Origin: Candidatus Latescibacterota bacterium
Lineage (GTDB): Bacteria > Latescibacterota > UBA2968 > GCA-2709665
Length of the DNA: 64,000 bases
Assembly: GCA_965226795.1 (NCBI GenBank)
Contig: CBDDDZ010000005.1
Span: 1,568,001-1,632,000 of the forward strand
Direction: 5' to 3'
Shown: positions 22,042 to 31,265 of the stretch, in pieces
How positions within the stretch are numbered: the stretch's first letter is position 1
Layout of the letters: each line of letters opens with the position of its first letter
Program-made: the position numbers and the translations under genes
The notes under the pieces: generated by a model
The model's database searches: none
What the model was told of the DNA's origin: nothing
What the model saw: the letters and a program-made list of their open reading frames with translations, nothing else

Positions 22042-22440
22042 CTACAATTGACGGGCGTCGGGCATGGCGGCCATCTTTTGATCCAGCGTCAGGACTTGCA
22101 TGTCAGCGCGTGAATAGTCGTCGGCGATAAGCCGGTCAAACAGGCCCGCGCCGCCGGAAGCCTCAAGGGATTCGATAACCGAGCGCCCGTTCAGAGGGGA
22201 GACCAGGCCGCTGCGCAGCGCGTCGAGTAATGAGGTTCGTGCATCGGCTTTTGATACGCCATAGTGGTGCTGTACCGCAACGTAGGTCTCACCAACGACC
22301 TGGTTTGAAACGAAGATCTCGTGGCCATGCTCGTTGACCAGCGCACCAAGTTTGCTTACGCAATACGCGAAGTCTTCTTGCGGGTCTCTGGTGAGTAACC
22401 GCACGAGAACTGACGTGTCAATCCCGAAGCGAAGGGTCAT
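22042..22440 (-). CDS. PIN-domain (VapC) toxin
   Basis: GIDTSVLVRLL, VVGET, GLFDRLI, LTLDQK. Confidence 0.88.
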   Translation of the reverse strand: MTLRFGIDTSVLVRLLTRDPQEDFAYCVSKLGALVNEHGHEIFVSNQVVGETYVAVQHHYGVSKADARTSLLDALRSGLVSPLNGRSVIESLEASGGAGLFDRLIADDYSRADMQVLTLDQKMAAMPDARQL

Positions 22441-22660
22441 ACGATTGCTCCCGGAAGTCCTGGAGATCAAACGTCCCACGTCCGCGCCGGATCTTTTCGC
22501 GCAACGTACCGAGACGGGAGTGATCGATGCGTCTGGGCCTCAGGGCGAACCCGTCGGGCCCTTCTACGATTTCGAGTTGGTCGCCCGGGCCGACCCCAAG
22601 AGCGTCCAGCACCCGCGCAGGAAAGGTCACCTGGCGTTTTGAAGTTATTTTGACAATCAT
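22418..22660 (-). CDS. AbrB/MazE-family antitoxin
   Basis: MIVKITSKRQVTFPARVLDALGVGPGDQLEI; overlaps the PIN gene start. Confidence 0.88.
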   Translation of the reverse strand: MIVKITSKRQVTFPARVLDALGVGPGDQLEIVEGPDGFALRPRRIDHSRLGTLREKIRRGRGTFDLQDFREQSYDPSLRD

Positions 22661-22705
22661 GGCATACCTCCTTACTGATAATGATAATAAAGTAAGGTGA
22701 AAGCG

Positions 22706-25700
22706 TCAAGTCTGGCGTCTGATCAATCCCATAGAGCAGATGATTCGCGGTTCATCAGGTTCATCCTCACCGTGGATGATACAAAGCCGCCCATCCCCCC
22801 GCATTTCGATGACCAGTCCGACCAAGTCGTCATCCGAGATTCCACTGCGCAATTGGCGGTTCAGCGTATCCACCGCGGATTGGCGCAGCGGATATCGGTA
22901 TATCTCGCCCACTGCCCTGCGAAGTTGTTCTGTATCGAAGAGTGTGCCCTCGACCCTCTCGGCGTGATTCTTAAGCCGTTCATAGGTGCGGAAGTGCGCA
23001 CCCGAGGGTCGTCCCAGTTGGCCCCCGACCTGATTCTCCTCCTTCGCTATGCGCTCAGCGGCTTTTCGTACAAGATCGTGATGGGTTTCGTGCCGGGGAA
23101 GCGCCGGTGTATTCGGTTTGCATTCGGCGGCCCGGAGAATTTCGAACTGGCTTTCGGTGACGCTGCCCCCTTTCCGATCCATCCACGCGAGGGCATCATT
23201 GTCCTGTGTTGTGCGCATGTATACGAGTACACCGTCCTGCCGGGCCGGTGTATGTGAGCCGGCTTTGGAGGAATGGACGACGTCCGGCATCTGCTCCACC
23301 TTCTTCTCCAGCGACGGATCGGCAGTCGTGGCGTTTCTCCAGATCTGGTAGGCATACGACGCAAGATCCACCTCGGAATCGTCATCGCCATCGAGGACTC
23401 CGGTCTGTTCGTTATATAGATCGACCACCGCAAGAGTGTCCTCGTCCTCAAAAAAGGCTTCGTCGGTTCCGACCACTTCGGCGTTCTCTTCGAGGCGCTG
23501 CCGTACCCGGGCTCGCAGCCGAATCAGACGTTCGATGCCCTCCGCGGGAAGGAAGGAATAGCAGAGGATGTTCGGCGCCGATTGGCCGATTCGGTCCACG
23601 CGGCCGGCTCTCTGGATCAGCCGGATGATTGCCCAGGGAAGGTCGTAATTGACGACAATGGCGCAATCCTGAAGGTTCTGTCCCTCGCTCAACACATCCG
23701 TGGCAACCAGCACCCGGAGTTCCTCCTCCGGCGCGATCTGCCCGCCTTTGTCGTTGCTTTTGGGACTGAACCGCCAGGCCAAGCGAGTGGGATCCGCGGA
23801 GTCGCCCGTAACGCCCGACAGCCGTTCGACGCCTCTACCCATTAACCGACGTTCCAGGTATTGCACGGTGTCGGCGAACTGCGTGAACACCAGAACCTTC
23901 TCACCTGGATGTTTATCCACAAGGATCTTCTGCAGAGCGGCAAGCTTGGCATCCTGAGACGGAATCCATTCACCGAATCCCTCCAGCATTTCACGTAACG
24001 TTCTCGCATCCGTCACCAGGGCTTGCCGAAGTGTCTCGTCGAAATGACGCGGGCTGAGCCAGCGAAATCGCCTGCTGTATCGTTCGCGGTAGGCATCGTA
24101 GACTTGTGCGGCGTGCCGCCGGAAGTCTTCTTCGGTTCTCAGAACGTGTTGTGTATGAACTTCGCCCCTGCCGTCCTCTTCTTCTTCAAAAATGTCGCCG
24201 GCAGCGCCGTCCGGATCCGCGTCGAAAGATTGAGGGTCCAGAAGCCCGGCGTCGGTTGTGCCGACCGGCAGATCCAGACCGTTTTCGATGGCGTGGATAA
24301 AGATGAAGTTCCTCAGCACATGCCGCTCGACCGACAGCAGGAACGAATGACCGCTGCTTTCAAGGCGTTTGAGCAGGTTCGTCCGGCAGAATCCCATCAG
24401 GCGCCTGCCTGCCCGTGAAAGGTCTTGCAGGATTTGGCCTTCGTTCGGCGATGGCGGCGGATCGGCCAAGGAGGTCAAGTAGTTTGCCAGACCGTAGCGC
24501 GGGAGTTCCAACCCGTTGATTGCGGACACGACGTTTTCGTCAAAGAGCCGCGCGTACTGGTTGTCGATATCGAAGCCGACGGTCCTGGGAACGCGGACCG
24601 GGAAATAGGATCGCGTTCCGTCTTCGAATGTCAGATATCTTCGCCCGTTAGCTGGATCCAACGTGGCGTAGTTTTCTTGAATGAAACTGCGGGTTCGACG
24701 TACGAGGTACAGGCGCATCAATTCACGCCAGTCGTCGGTATATTCCGAATGGTCGAATGCCGCAAGTGACCGGACAGAAGCCTGGTGGCGGCGAATGAAT
24801 TCGGTCTCACCGATCTCTCGCAACAGGCGTTCAGGTCGGATGCCCAGGTCTTCATTCTCATGCACAAACAATCGGATCTGGTTTGAGAGATCCTGGTACG
24901 TCTTGTTATATGGCGTAGCCGAAAGCAGAATGCACTTGCTTTCGTTTTCCCGGATGTATTCCTGAATTGCACGGTACCGCTTTCCCTCACGGTTTCTCAG
25001 ATTGTGACTCTCGTCAATCACAACCAGCCTGTACCGGCGCATGTCAGGGAGTTCCCGGGGCGCACGGCTGATCGAAAGCACGCGCGCACGTAACCGATAC
25101 TCGTCACGATAGTCCTCCCACATCGGCACCAGGTTCTTGGGGCAGATAATCAGCGTTTCAACCCCATAATCGTCTTCAAACACCCGCGCTAAAGCCGTGG
25201 CCATCAGCGTTTTACCGAGCCCCACGACGTCGCCGATTATGACGCCGCCACGCTTGTTCAGGTGATGCGCGGCAATCTTGACGGCGGCCGTCTGGAAATC
25301 GAGCAGTTTGTTGCCGAAATCTTTCGGAATGCGGAATTCCGTCAAACCCACCCGGGCTTCCTGCGATAGATGGTATGCCATCTTCACATAAATGTGGTAC
25401 GGGGGGATCAACCGCACCCCCGCCCAACTCTCATCGATGATCTCCGCGAGTTCCTCAGAGATATCGACGCACCAGCGGTCGCACCAGCGATCTTCGAACC
25501 ATTGGGCGAGCTTCCCACATGCATCGTGCTCAAGAACGTCCACGTTGAGTTCGCCCTGGCCGGAAAGACCGGCTTGCGTAAGATTGCTGCTGCCCAGGTA
25601 CCCGACCGTTGGATTGATGGGATCCTGCCGGAAAAGCATGTAGAGCTTGGCATGGAGCGGATGTCTGAGGAAGAGTTTGACAACGACCTTTTTGGACTTG

Positions 25701-26068
25701 ATCTGCCTTGACAACCTGCGCAGCCCGGCCTCGTCCGCGTTGCTCGGCGCACCCGTGGCCAATTGGTCTCTGAATTCCTCGGCCAGACGTTTCTTCAGCC
25801 GAATGGCGGTCTGATTATCGAGTTTCCCATCCTGGGCGGTCAGACTCCTGGCGATTCGAAACTCCTCGTGCGGCAAGCGATGTATGCCCACCAGCAGGCG
25901 GCAACAGTGTCCCTCCCCACCCTTCCATTTTTCAACATATTCATCGATCGCCCGCCACCCGCGCAGGTTGAAATAACCCACGCAGAAATCCGCGCGGTCG
26001 GAAACCGCCAGGGTCTCCGCCAAAGCCGGCAAGAGACGCTGTTCGATATTGTCGAAAATACGTGGCAT
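22706..26068 (-). CDS. PLD (HKD) nuclease domain fused to SNF2-family helicase
   Basis: LHAKLY...GSSNLT..GL..QGELN; DVVGLGKT, VIDESHN, SATP, VFTQFADT, TDVLSEGQNLQ, QRAGRVDRIG. Confidence 0.92.
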   Translation of the reverse strand: MPRIFDNIEQRLLPALAETLAVSDRADFCVGYFNLRGWRAIDEYVEKWKGGEGHCCRLLVGIHRLPHEEFRIARSLTAQDGKLDNQTAIRLKKRLAEEFRDQLATGAPSNADEAGLRRLSRQIKSKKVVVKLFLRHPLHAKLYMLFRQDPINPTVGYLGSSNLTQAGLSGQGELNVDVLEHDACGKLAQWFEDRWCDRWCVDISEELAEIIDESWAGVRLIPPYHIYVKMAYHLSQEARVGLTEFRIPKDFGNKLLDFQTAAVKIAAHHLNKRGGVIIGDVVGLGKTLMATALARVFEDDYGVETLIICPKNLVPMWEDYRDEYRLRARVLSISRAPRELPDMRRYRLVVIDESHNLRNREGKRYRAIQEYIRENESKCILLSATPYNKTYQDLSNQIRLFVHENEDLGIRPERLLREIGETEFIRRHQASVRSLAAFDHSEYTDDWRELMRLYLVRRTRSFIQENYATLDPANGRRYLTFEDGTRSYFPVRVPRTVGFDIDNQYARLFDENVVSAINGLELPRYGLANYLTSLADPPPSPNEGQILQDLSRAGRRLMGFCRTNLLKRLESSGHSFLLSVERHVLRNFIFIHAIENGLDLPVGTTDAGLLDPQSFDADPDGAAGDIFEEEEDGRGEVHTQHVLRTEEDFRRHAAQVYDAYRERYSRRFRWLSPRHFDETLRQALVTDARTLREMLEGFGEWIPSQDAKLAALQKILVDKHPGEKVLVFTQFADTVQYLERRLMGRGVERLSGVTGDSADPTRLAWRFSPKSNDKGGQIAPEEELRVLVATDVLSEGQNLQDCAIVVNYDLPWAIIRLIQRAGRVDRIGQSAPNILCYSFLPAEGIERLIRLRARVRQRLEENAEVVGTDEAFFEDEDTLAVVDLYNEQTGVLDGDDDSEVDLASYAYQIWRNATTADPSLEKKVEQMPDVVHSSKAGSHTPARQDGVLVYMRTTQDNDALAWMDRKGGSVTESQFEILRAAECKPNTPALPRHETHHDLVRKAAERIAKEENQVGGQLGRPSGAHFRTYERLKNHAERVEGTLFDTEQLRRAVGEIYRYPLRQSAVDTLNRQLRSGISDDDLVGLVIEMRGDGRLCIIHGEDEPDEPRIICSMGLIRRQT

Positions 26069-26132
26069 CAGGCCGTCCTTCTATGGTCTCAGGTCAGCAC
26101 CGTCTTTAGATTGCAAGAATTCGACAATACCA

Positions 26133-26161
26133 GATATAGGCAAGAATACGGCGTATGTCAA
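26133..26161 (-). promoter_or_regulatory. Putative sigma70 promoter of the helicase/methylase cluster
   Basis: Minus strand TTGACA (26161-26156), 17 nt, TATATC (26138-26133), about 65 nt upstream of the ATG. Confidence 0.55.
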
Positions 26162-26164
26162 CCG

Positions 26165-27580
26165 GGGGGTGTCAAGAATATTGTGTAAGTGGCGTTGGTG
26201 GATCAATGAAAAGGGACGCGATCGTCGAACATGATGGCGAAGCGATTCAGTGCGGCTTTCCAGTTGATTACGGGTTTGGTCCAGCGTTTGCTGATGTTGC
26301 GAAGGGCCAGAAACAGGAGCTTGATGGCGGCTTCATCGGAAGGGAACGCGCCCCGATTTTTAGTGATCTTGCGCAACGACCGGTTCATGGACTCAATGGC
26401 ATTGGTGGTGTAGATGACTTTGCGGATGTCTTTGGGATAGGCGAAGAACGGGATGATATGCTCCCAGTGCTTGCGCCACGATTTTGAAATGGAGGGATAG
26501 TGTTCATCCCAGGTCGCTTCGAAGGCGCTCAGGTTCATCTCTGCTTCTTCGACGGTGGCGGCCTGCCTGCGCCGTGCTGTACTCGGCAGGCAGGCCTGGT
26601 AAATCGGCTTAAGATCGGCGGCGACGTTTTTCCGGTCCTTCCAGGTCACAAAGCGTAGCGCGTTGCGGACCAGATGCACGATGCATAAAGTTGTACCTGG
26701 GTCTTGGGGTATACCGTCTCAATGGCCTTAGGGAAGCCTTCCAGGCCATCGACGCAGACGATAAAGATGTCCTTAAGGCCCCGGTTCTGCAACTGCGTAA
26801 GCACCGACAGCCAAAATTTGGCACCCTCGCTTTTTGAGACCCACAGCCCGATGAGCTCCTTCTCACCGTGCAGATTAAGGCCTAAGGCCAGATAGATGGC
26901 CTTCTTCTGCACGGTGCCTTCGTCGCGGATTTTGACGAAGAGCGCATCCAGGTAAACGATGGGATAGACCTCGTCCAAAGGCCGATTCTGCCAGGCTTTG
27001 ACCTCGTCGATAACCCCATCGGTGATGTTGGAGATCAGCTGTGGTGAGACGTTGACGCCATACATCTCTTCCAAATGCCCCTGGATCTCCCGATCGGTCA
27101 TGCCACGGGCATATAACGAGATGACTTTGTCGTCAAAACCCTTCAGACGCCGTTGATGTTTGGGCACGATGTGCGGCTCAAAATCGCCGTTGCGGTCCCG
27201 CCTGCCTGCAGCAGGCAGGCGGCACAGCAAGGGTCACTTCATTCTGGTCGGTCTTGACCTTTTTGCACGTCTTGCCATTTCTTGAATTGCCGCTGCCTCG
27301 ACCTGCTGGATCGCCTTTCTCATACCCCAGGTGATCGGCCATCTCATCCTCGAGCATTCGCTCCAACACCCGTTTTGTCAGCTGCTTGAGGATCCCGTTT
27401 TCACCCAGAAGATCTTCGGCGCGTTTGCCGTCATCGACCAGGTCGTCAACCAACTCGTCCAGCAGCGCCTCACGGTCTTTTTCCTTGTTGGCCATATCTT
27501 CTCCTCTCGGAATGATCGTTTGCGTTACTATACGCATTCCTGAAGGTTATGACCTCTTACACAAACTAATTTACACTCTC
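26165..27580 (-). mobile_element. IS256-family insertion sequence (1416 bp)
   Basis: Imperfect terminal IRs (gggggtgtcaagaatattgtgtaag / cttacacaaactaatttacactctc); 8-bp TSD gtcaaccg at 26157-26164 and 27581-27588. Confidence 0.93.
26203..27495 (-). pseudogene. IS256 transposase, disrupted
   Basis: [40 protein letters not shown]; frameshifts at 27201-27219 (19-bp insertion) and near 26688; in-frame 33-bp insertion at 26562-26594. Confidence 0.92.
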
Positions 27581-27806
27581 GTCAACCGGCCAGTTTTACA
27601 CTCTCCTACCCTATAAAATATTATATTGTTGATAACAATATGCTTAGCGTGACTTTCACCAGGTTTCTTACTGTGTCCAGCGGTGTTCTGCACGTAGTGT
27701 CACCCTATAGGACGAATAGTTAGAATCTCCTTCTCTTGCCGAATCAGCTACATCTTCCGATGAAACGGTTCCGAGTGTAAGGTTCAAAAAAGCAGATCAA
27801 ACAATA

Positions 27807-27843
27807 AAATGGCCATTCAAACGAGAAATTTGAATGGCCATTG
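27807..27843 (-). terminator. Probable intrinsic terminator
   Basis: aatggccattcaaa / tttgaatggccatt hairpin followed on the minus strand by a T-rich tract. Confidence 0.65.
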
Positions 27844-28088
27844 TTAAAACAAAAGTTGGACGAAAGTCTCGCCTGCTCCTGCGCAGCGCCTTCATATGTG
27901 TTTTTCTTCTTGTCCACAAACTGACAGTTTGTTTTACGAGACGCTGCTGACCGAGCACAACATCCAATGGTATCGCGAACTGTCAGTTCGCGGGATGCAA
28001 GCAGCCTCTCCTTACAGGCAAGTCAGATCTTGATTCGACCTCTCATGGGGTTTGTCAGGCTAATTCAAACGATATTTAGAACAATGGG

Positions 28089-29150
28089 TCACGCGGATTG
28101 TTGGACAATTGTCTGGAGGCGTTCGTGAAAATGCGAGAGTATATCGCCCGTCTTCTCCGCGATCGCAATAGGTGTTTGCTTACAAAAGTCGAACTCCCAT
28201 TTATAGGCTGTCACCCACGTACCTCGTCGATTTCGGGTCACTTGGCCCTTTACTGGACACGTTGAACACGATTTTGTGACAGAAGGACGAAGTTCTGCCC
28301 ACCTTTCGGCGATTTCTTCATTCTTGATAGCGGCCTTTAGGCAAAACGTGTCCCAGTTGAATTCCCAGTAGAGTTCAATTGCATCGGTTTTGGGGCTACA
28401 CGCTATCCACCCCTTCTGCCAGTTCATGACCGGATTATTACTTCCACTATATATCGCCCAATTTTGATGGTGTCCGTTCTCAAGATGCTCCCGCAACTTG
28501 CCATAGTACATATAGAAAACTGAAAATCCGGGTCGATAACCCTCGTTGCGCAGGCGCGGGTCCCACGGATGATCTAGCAACTGAAGAACCTTGTCAATTT
28601 CGTTAGTGCGGGTTTGTTCCGCTTCTAGTGATGCAATCCACCCATCGTATATGTTGCACCTGCCCGCAATCGGAAGATTTGAGAAGACTTCCAGCGCGTA
28701 AAGTAGATCAATCGTGCGAAATCCGCAGCGCAGAAATTCCCTGCTCTTGTGTCCGATGGTGAACTGTGCTGCTCCAACTGCAAGCGAAATCACAGCAAAG
28801 TGCGCGTTCGGTACTCGCTCAGAAAATGCCTTTTCGCTCCGCTGCAATTGTTCGAGACTTACATCCGAATCAGTCTTGCATTCGATCAGTAGATATGTCT
28901 TTTCGTCATCTATCCTGTCCATTTCCAAAACGAGGTCGATACGAAGTCGCCGACCGAAAGAGTACTCTCGTATCGCCTTGCCCCGCCTGAGTCCTACACC
29001 TTGCAGGAGGTCGGGGGCGAGCCCTGAAATGACTGCCGTTCGTTCATCAAGTGGGAGACGCGAACTCTCACAATCAAGGAGCCAGGCGATCACACCGGTG
29101 TGGATCTTTTCGAGTTAGAAACCGACGATATCGACAAATGTCTTCGCCAC
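28089..29150 (-). pseudogene. PD-(D/E)XK nuclease family protein with internal TAA at codon 12
   Basis: GTG at 29150 reads MAKTFVDIVGF*LEKIHTGVIAWLLD in frame; REY...RIDLVL...LLIECKTDS motif. Confidence 0.75.
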
Positions 29151-29463
29151 CTGATGCGTTCACCTCCATCCACAACGCTGGAATTGTCTTCGCGTTAGTC
29201 CGGAATCTATTGACTCATTCGAGCGATGTCAAGATATCCAATAACGGTGATCGAATTCTTCATTCTCAACTGCATCACGATTCTTCAAATAAACGCCTTT
29301 AAGCGAATTGAATCCAGGTGGACTTAGCGATTCCTTTGAGTATCTTGGGGCCTAATTCCGCATAAATCTACTACGCCAACATATTGCGGATCAACAAGAT
29401 ATTCAGGAGATTTACAAAAAGAACGGAAATTTGGTTGGCCGCATCAGATGTCGATGCAATATC

Positions 29464-30633
29464 TCACGGCATCTGGCCAGACGGACGGTCCGGACCCGGG
29501 CGAAAGTCAGGAACATTCATGAGCTTGCCGCCCTCTTCAATCGAATCGAACGCCCGGATGGCCGGCGCGATCGTCTCCATCGCTCTGTAGACATCCAGCG
29601 CCTGCGGCTTGCCCTCACGCACGGCATCCCTGAAATGCGCGTGAACGTAGTAGTCGGCATCACCGTGGCCGCTGCCCCGGGCGTCTGAAGGCGCATCCGT
29701 GCGCTGATATTGCCAGTCCACCTCCGCCCAGTCGTTCATTTGCGCATCGGCGAACCACACCTTGGGCTTCTCCTGGAGCGACCGCCGCCATTCCATGCTG
29801 CCCTTCGTGCCGATGAACTGCCACCAGTGGTGGTCGCCGTGCGGCCTGGGCTGCGTAAACCCGCACAGCATGCGAATCAACGTGTCCTTCTCCGTCTTCA
29901 TTAATGCGACCTGAATATCGGGGCAGGCGATCTGGGGCCAGGCGTAACTTGGCTGCTTCGTGCCCATCCCCACCACCTCCACCACCCGGTCGTCCAGGAC
30001 CTTCAGCACCAAAGACATATCGTGCGACCCGATACCGCCAATGATCACTGGCAGAGTGTGCAGCACCGTCGGTTCGGCTTCGGGATGGTCGGGCAGCGCC
30101 CCGACCGGATACTGCCTGCCGGTCTTGAAATCCTGGAAAAACTGGTGGGTGCCGTACCACCCCACATACTGGCCCTCGGCGTAGGTAATCTTGCCGAGCC
30201 GTCCCTCTGCCACCAACTGCCTCCAGCCCTCCACAACCCCCCAGAAACGCGTCTGCTCCGCCAGGCTGTACACCAGCCCGGTCCGCTCCACGTCGGTCAC
30301 AATCCGCCAGCAGTCCGCCATGGTGAACGCCGCCGGGACCTCGGAATTCACGTGTTTTCCCGCCTCCAGCGCCTGCGCCGCCATTGCCCCCACCTCCATC
30401 TGCCTCACGCACAGGCCAACCGCTTCCATCCCTTCGAACGTCAGGAAATCCTCGTAATTCGCAAAAACCTTCACATCGCCGCCGTAACGGATCTCCCCTA
30501 ATGCCCGTTCCCGCAGCGGCTCAATCCAGTCGTAGATCGCGGTGATCCGGTAGCCCGGGATCTCCTGCAACAATCGGATCCAGTTCAGTGCCCGGTGACC
30601 CAGCCCGGCAATTCCGATCCGTATCTCATCCAT
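29464..30633 (-). CDS. Gfo/Idh/MocA family oxidoreductase
   Basis: RIGIAGLGHR, ALEAGKHVNSEVP, GHGDADY, PDFR. Confidence 0.9.
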   Translation of the reverse strand: MDEIRIGIAGLGHRALNWIRLLQEIPGYRITAIYDWIEPLRERALGEIRYGGDVKVFANYEDFLTFEGMEAVGLCVRQMEVGAMAAQALEAGKHVNSEVPAAFTMADCWRIVTDVERTGLVYSLAEQTRFWGVVEGWRQLVAEGRLGKITYAEGQYVGWYGTHQFFQDFKTGRQYPVGALPDHPEAEPTVLHTLPVIIGGIGSHDMSLVLKVLDDRVVEVVGMGTKQPSYAWPQIACPDIQVALMKTEKDTLIRMLCGFTQPRPHGDHHWWQFIGTKGSMEWRRSLQEKPKVWFADAQMNDWAEVDWQYQRTDAPSDARGSGHGDADYYVHAHFRDAVREGKPQALDVYRAMETIAPAIRAFDSIEEGGKLMNVPDFRPGPDRPSGQMP

Positions 30634-30688
30634 TGTTGTCTCTCCGTCGCCAATCAGGCACCCAGTAACCCCGGGATTCCCGTCCGAA

Positions 30689-31183
30689 CTATTCCAGTTC
30701 CCGCACGGTTAACGACCGGACGGTCACCGTCGATCCCCACGCCGGGCCGATGCCCACCGGGCCGAACAGGCCCCGATAATTGACCGGGTGAAAATCGTCC
30801 CCGGTCTCACCAGCGTTTGTATACCGAGGTTCATCGTCAACCAGAACCTGCATCTGGTTCTCCCGGATCACCCACGTTATCTTCACCCACGTGTCTTCGT
30901 GAACCCGTCCCTGGTCCTTCACGTGAAACGCATGGCCGTAAACCGGTTCGTAACACGCCATCTGCCCTGGCGCAGCCTCCCAGTTGAAGATGATATGACC
31001 CTTGGCAAAATGCAATCGCAGATTCGTGGAATCCGTCTTCGCGATCGCCTCGATCATAAGTGGGACGGCGTATGCCTCCGGTGTTCGGGCGTATCCGTAT
31101 CCGGACAGCCTGAGGTGTACTCCATCCGAACTGACGCTGCATTCACTGACCGGCAACATTTCAGAAAGTAAAATCTCTGCCAT
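30689..31183 (-). CDS. Hypothetical protein (possibly ConA-like beta-sandwich)
   Basis: Co-oriented ORF between neighbours; beta-rich, WVKITWVIRENQMQVLVDD. Confidence 0.55.
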   Translation of the reverse strand: MAEILLSEMLPVSECSVSSDGVHLRLSGYGYARTPEAYAVPLMIEAIAKTDSTNLRLHFAKGHIIFNWEAAPGQMACYEPVYGHAFHVKDQGRVHEDTWVKITWVIRENQMQVLVDDEPRYTNAGETGDDFHPVNYRGLFGPVGIGPAWGSTVTVRSLTVRELE

Positions 31184-31265
31184 CACTGATTCCTTTAACC
31201 GTTTCTGCGCGAACGGCTTCAGTTTAACGGTTACAACCGGATGACCCTTTCACACCGGTCCACCC

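Noticed and set aside
17711..26068. Assignment as BREX or DISARM
   Set aside because: No PglZ, BrxC, DrmA or DrmB-like genes visible
27850..28035. Retron msr-msd or hammerhead ribozyme
   Set aside because: No reverse transcriptase nearby; hammerhead core CUGANGA...GAAA is not correctly formed
29115..29117. Stop-codon recoding in the PD-(D/E)XK gene
   Set aside because: The codon is TAA, which is used as a normal stop elsewhere in the window; a nonsense mutation or error is more likely
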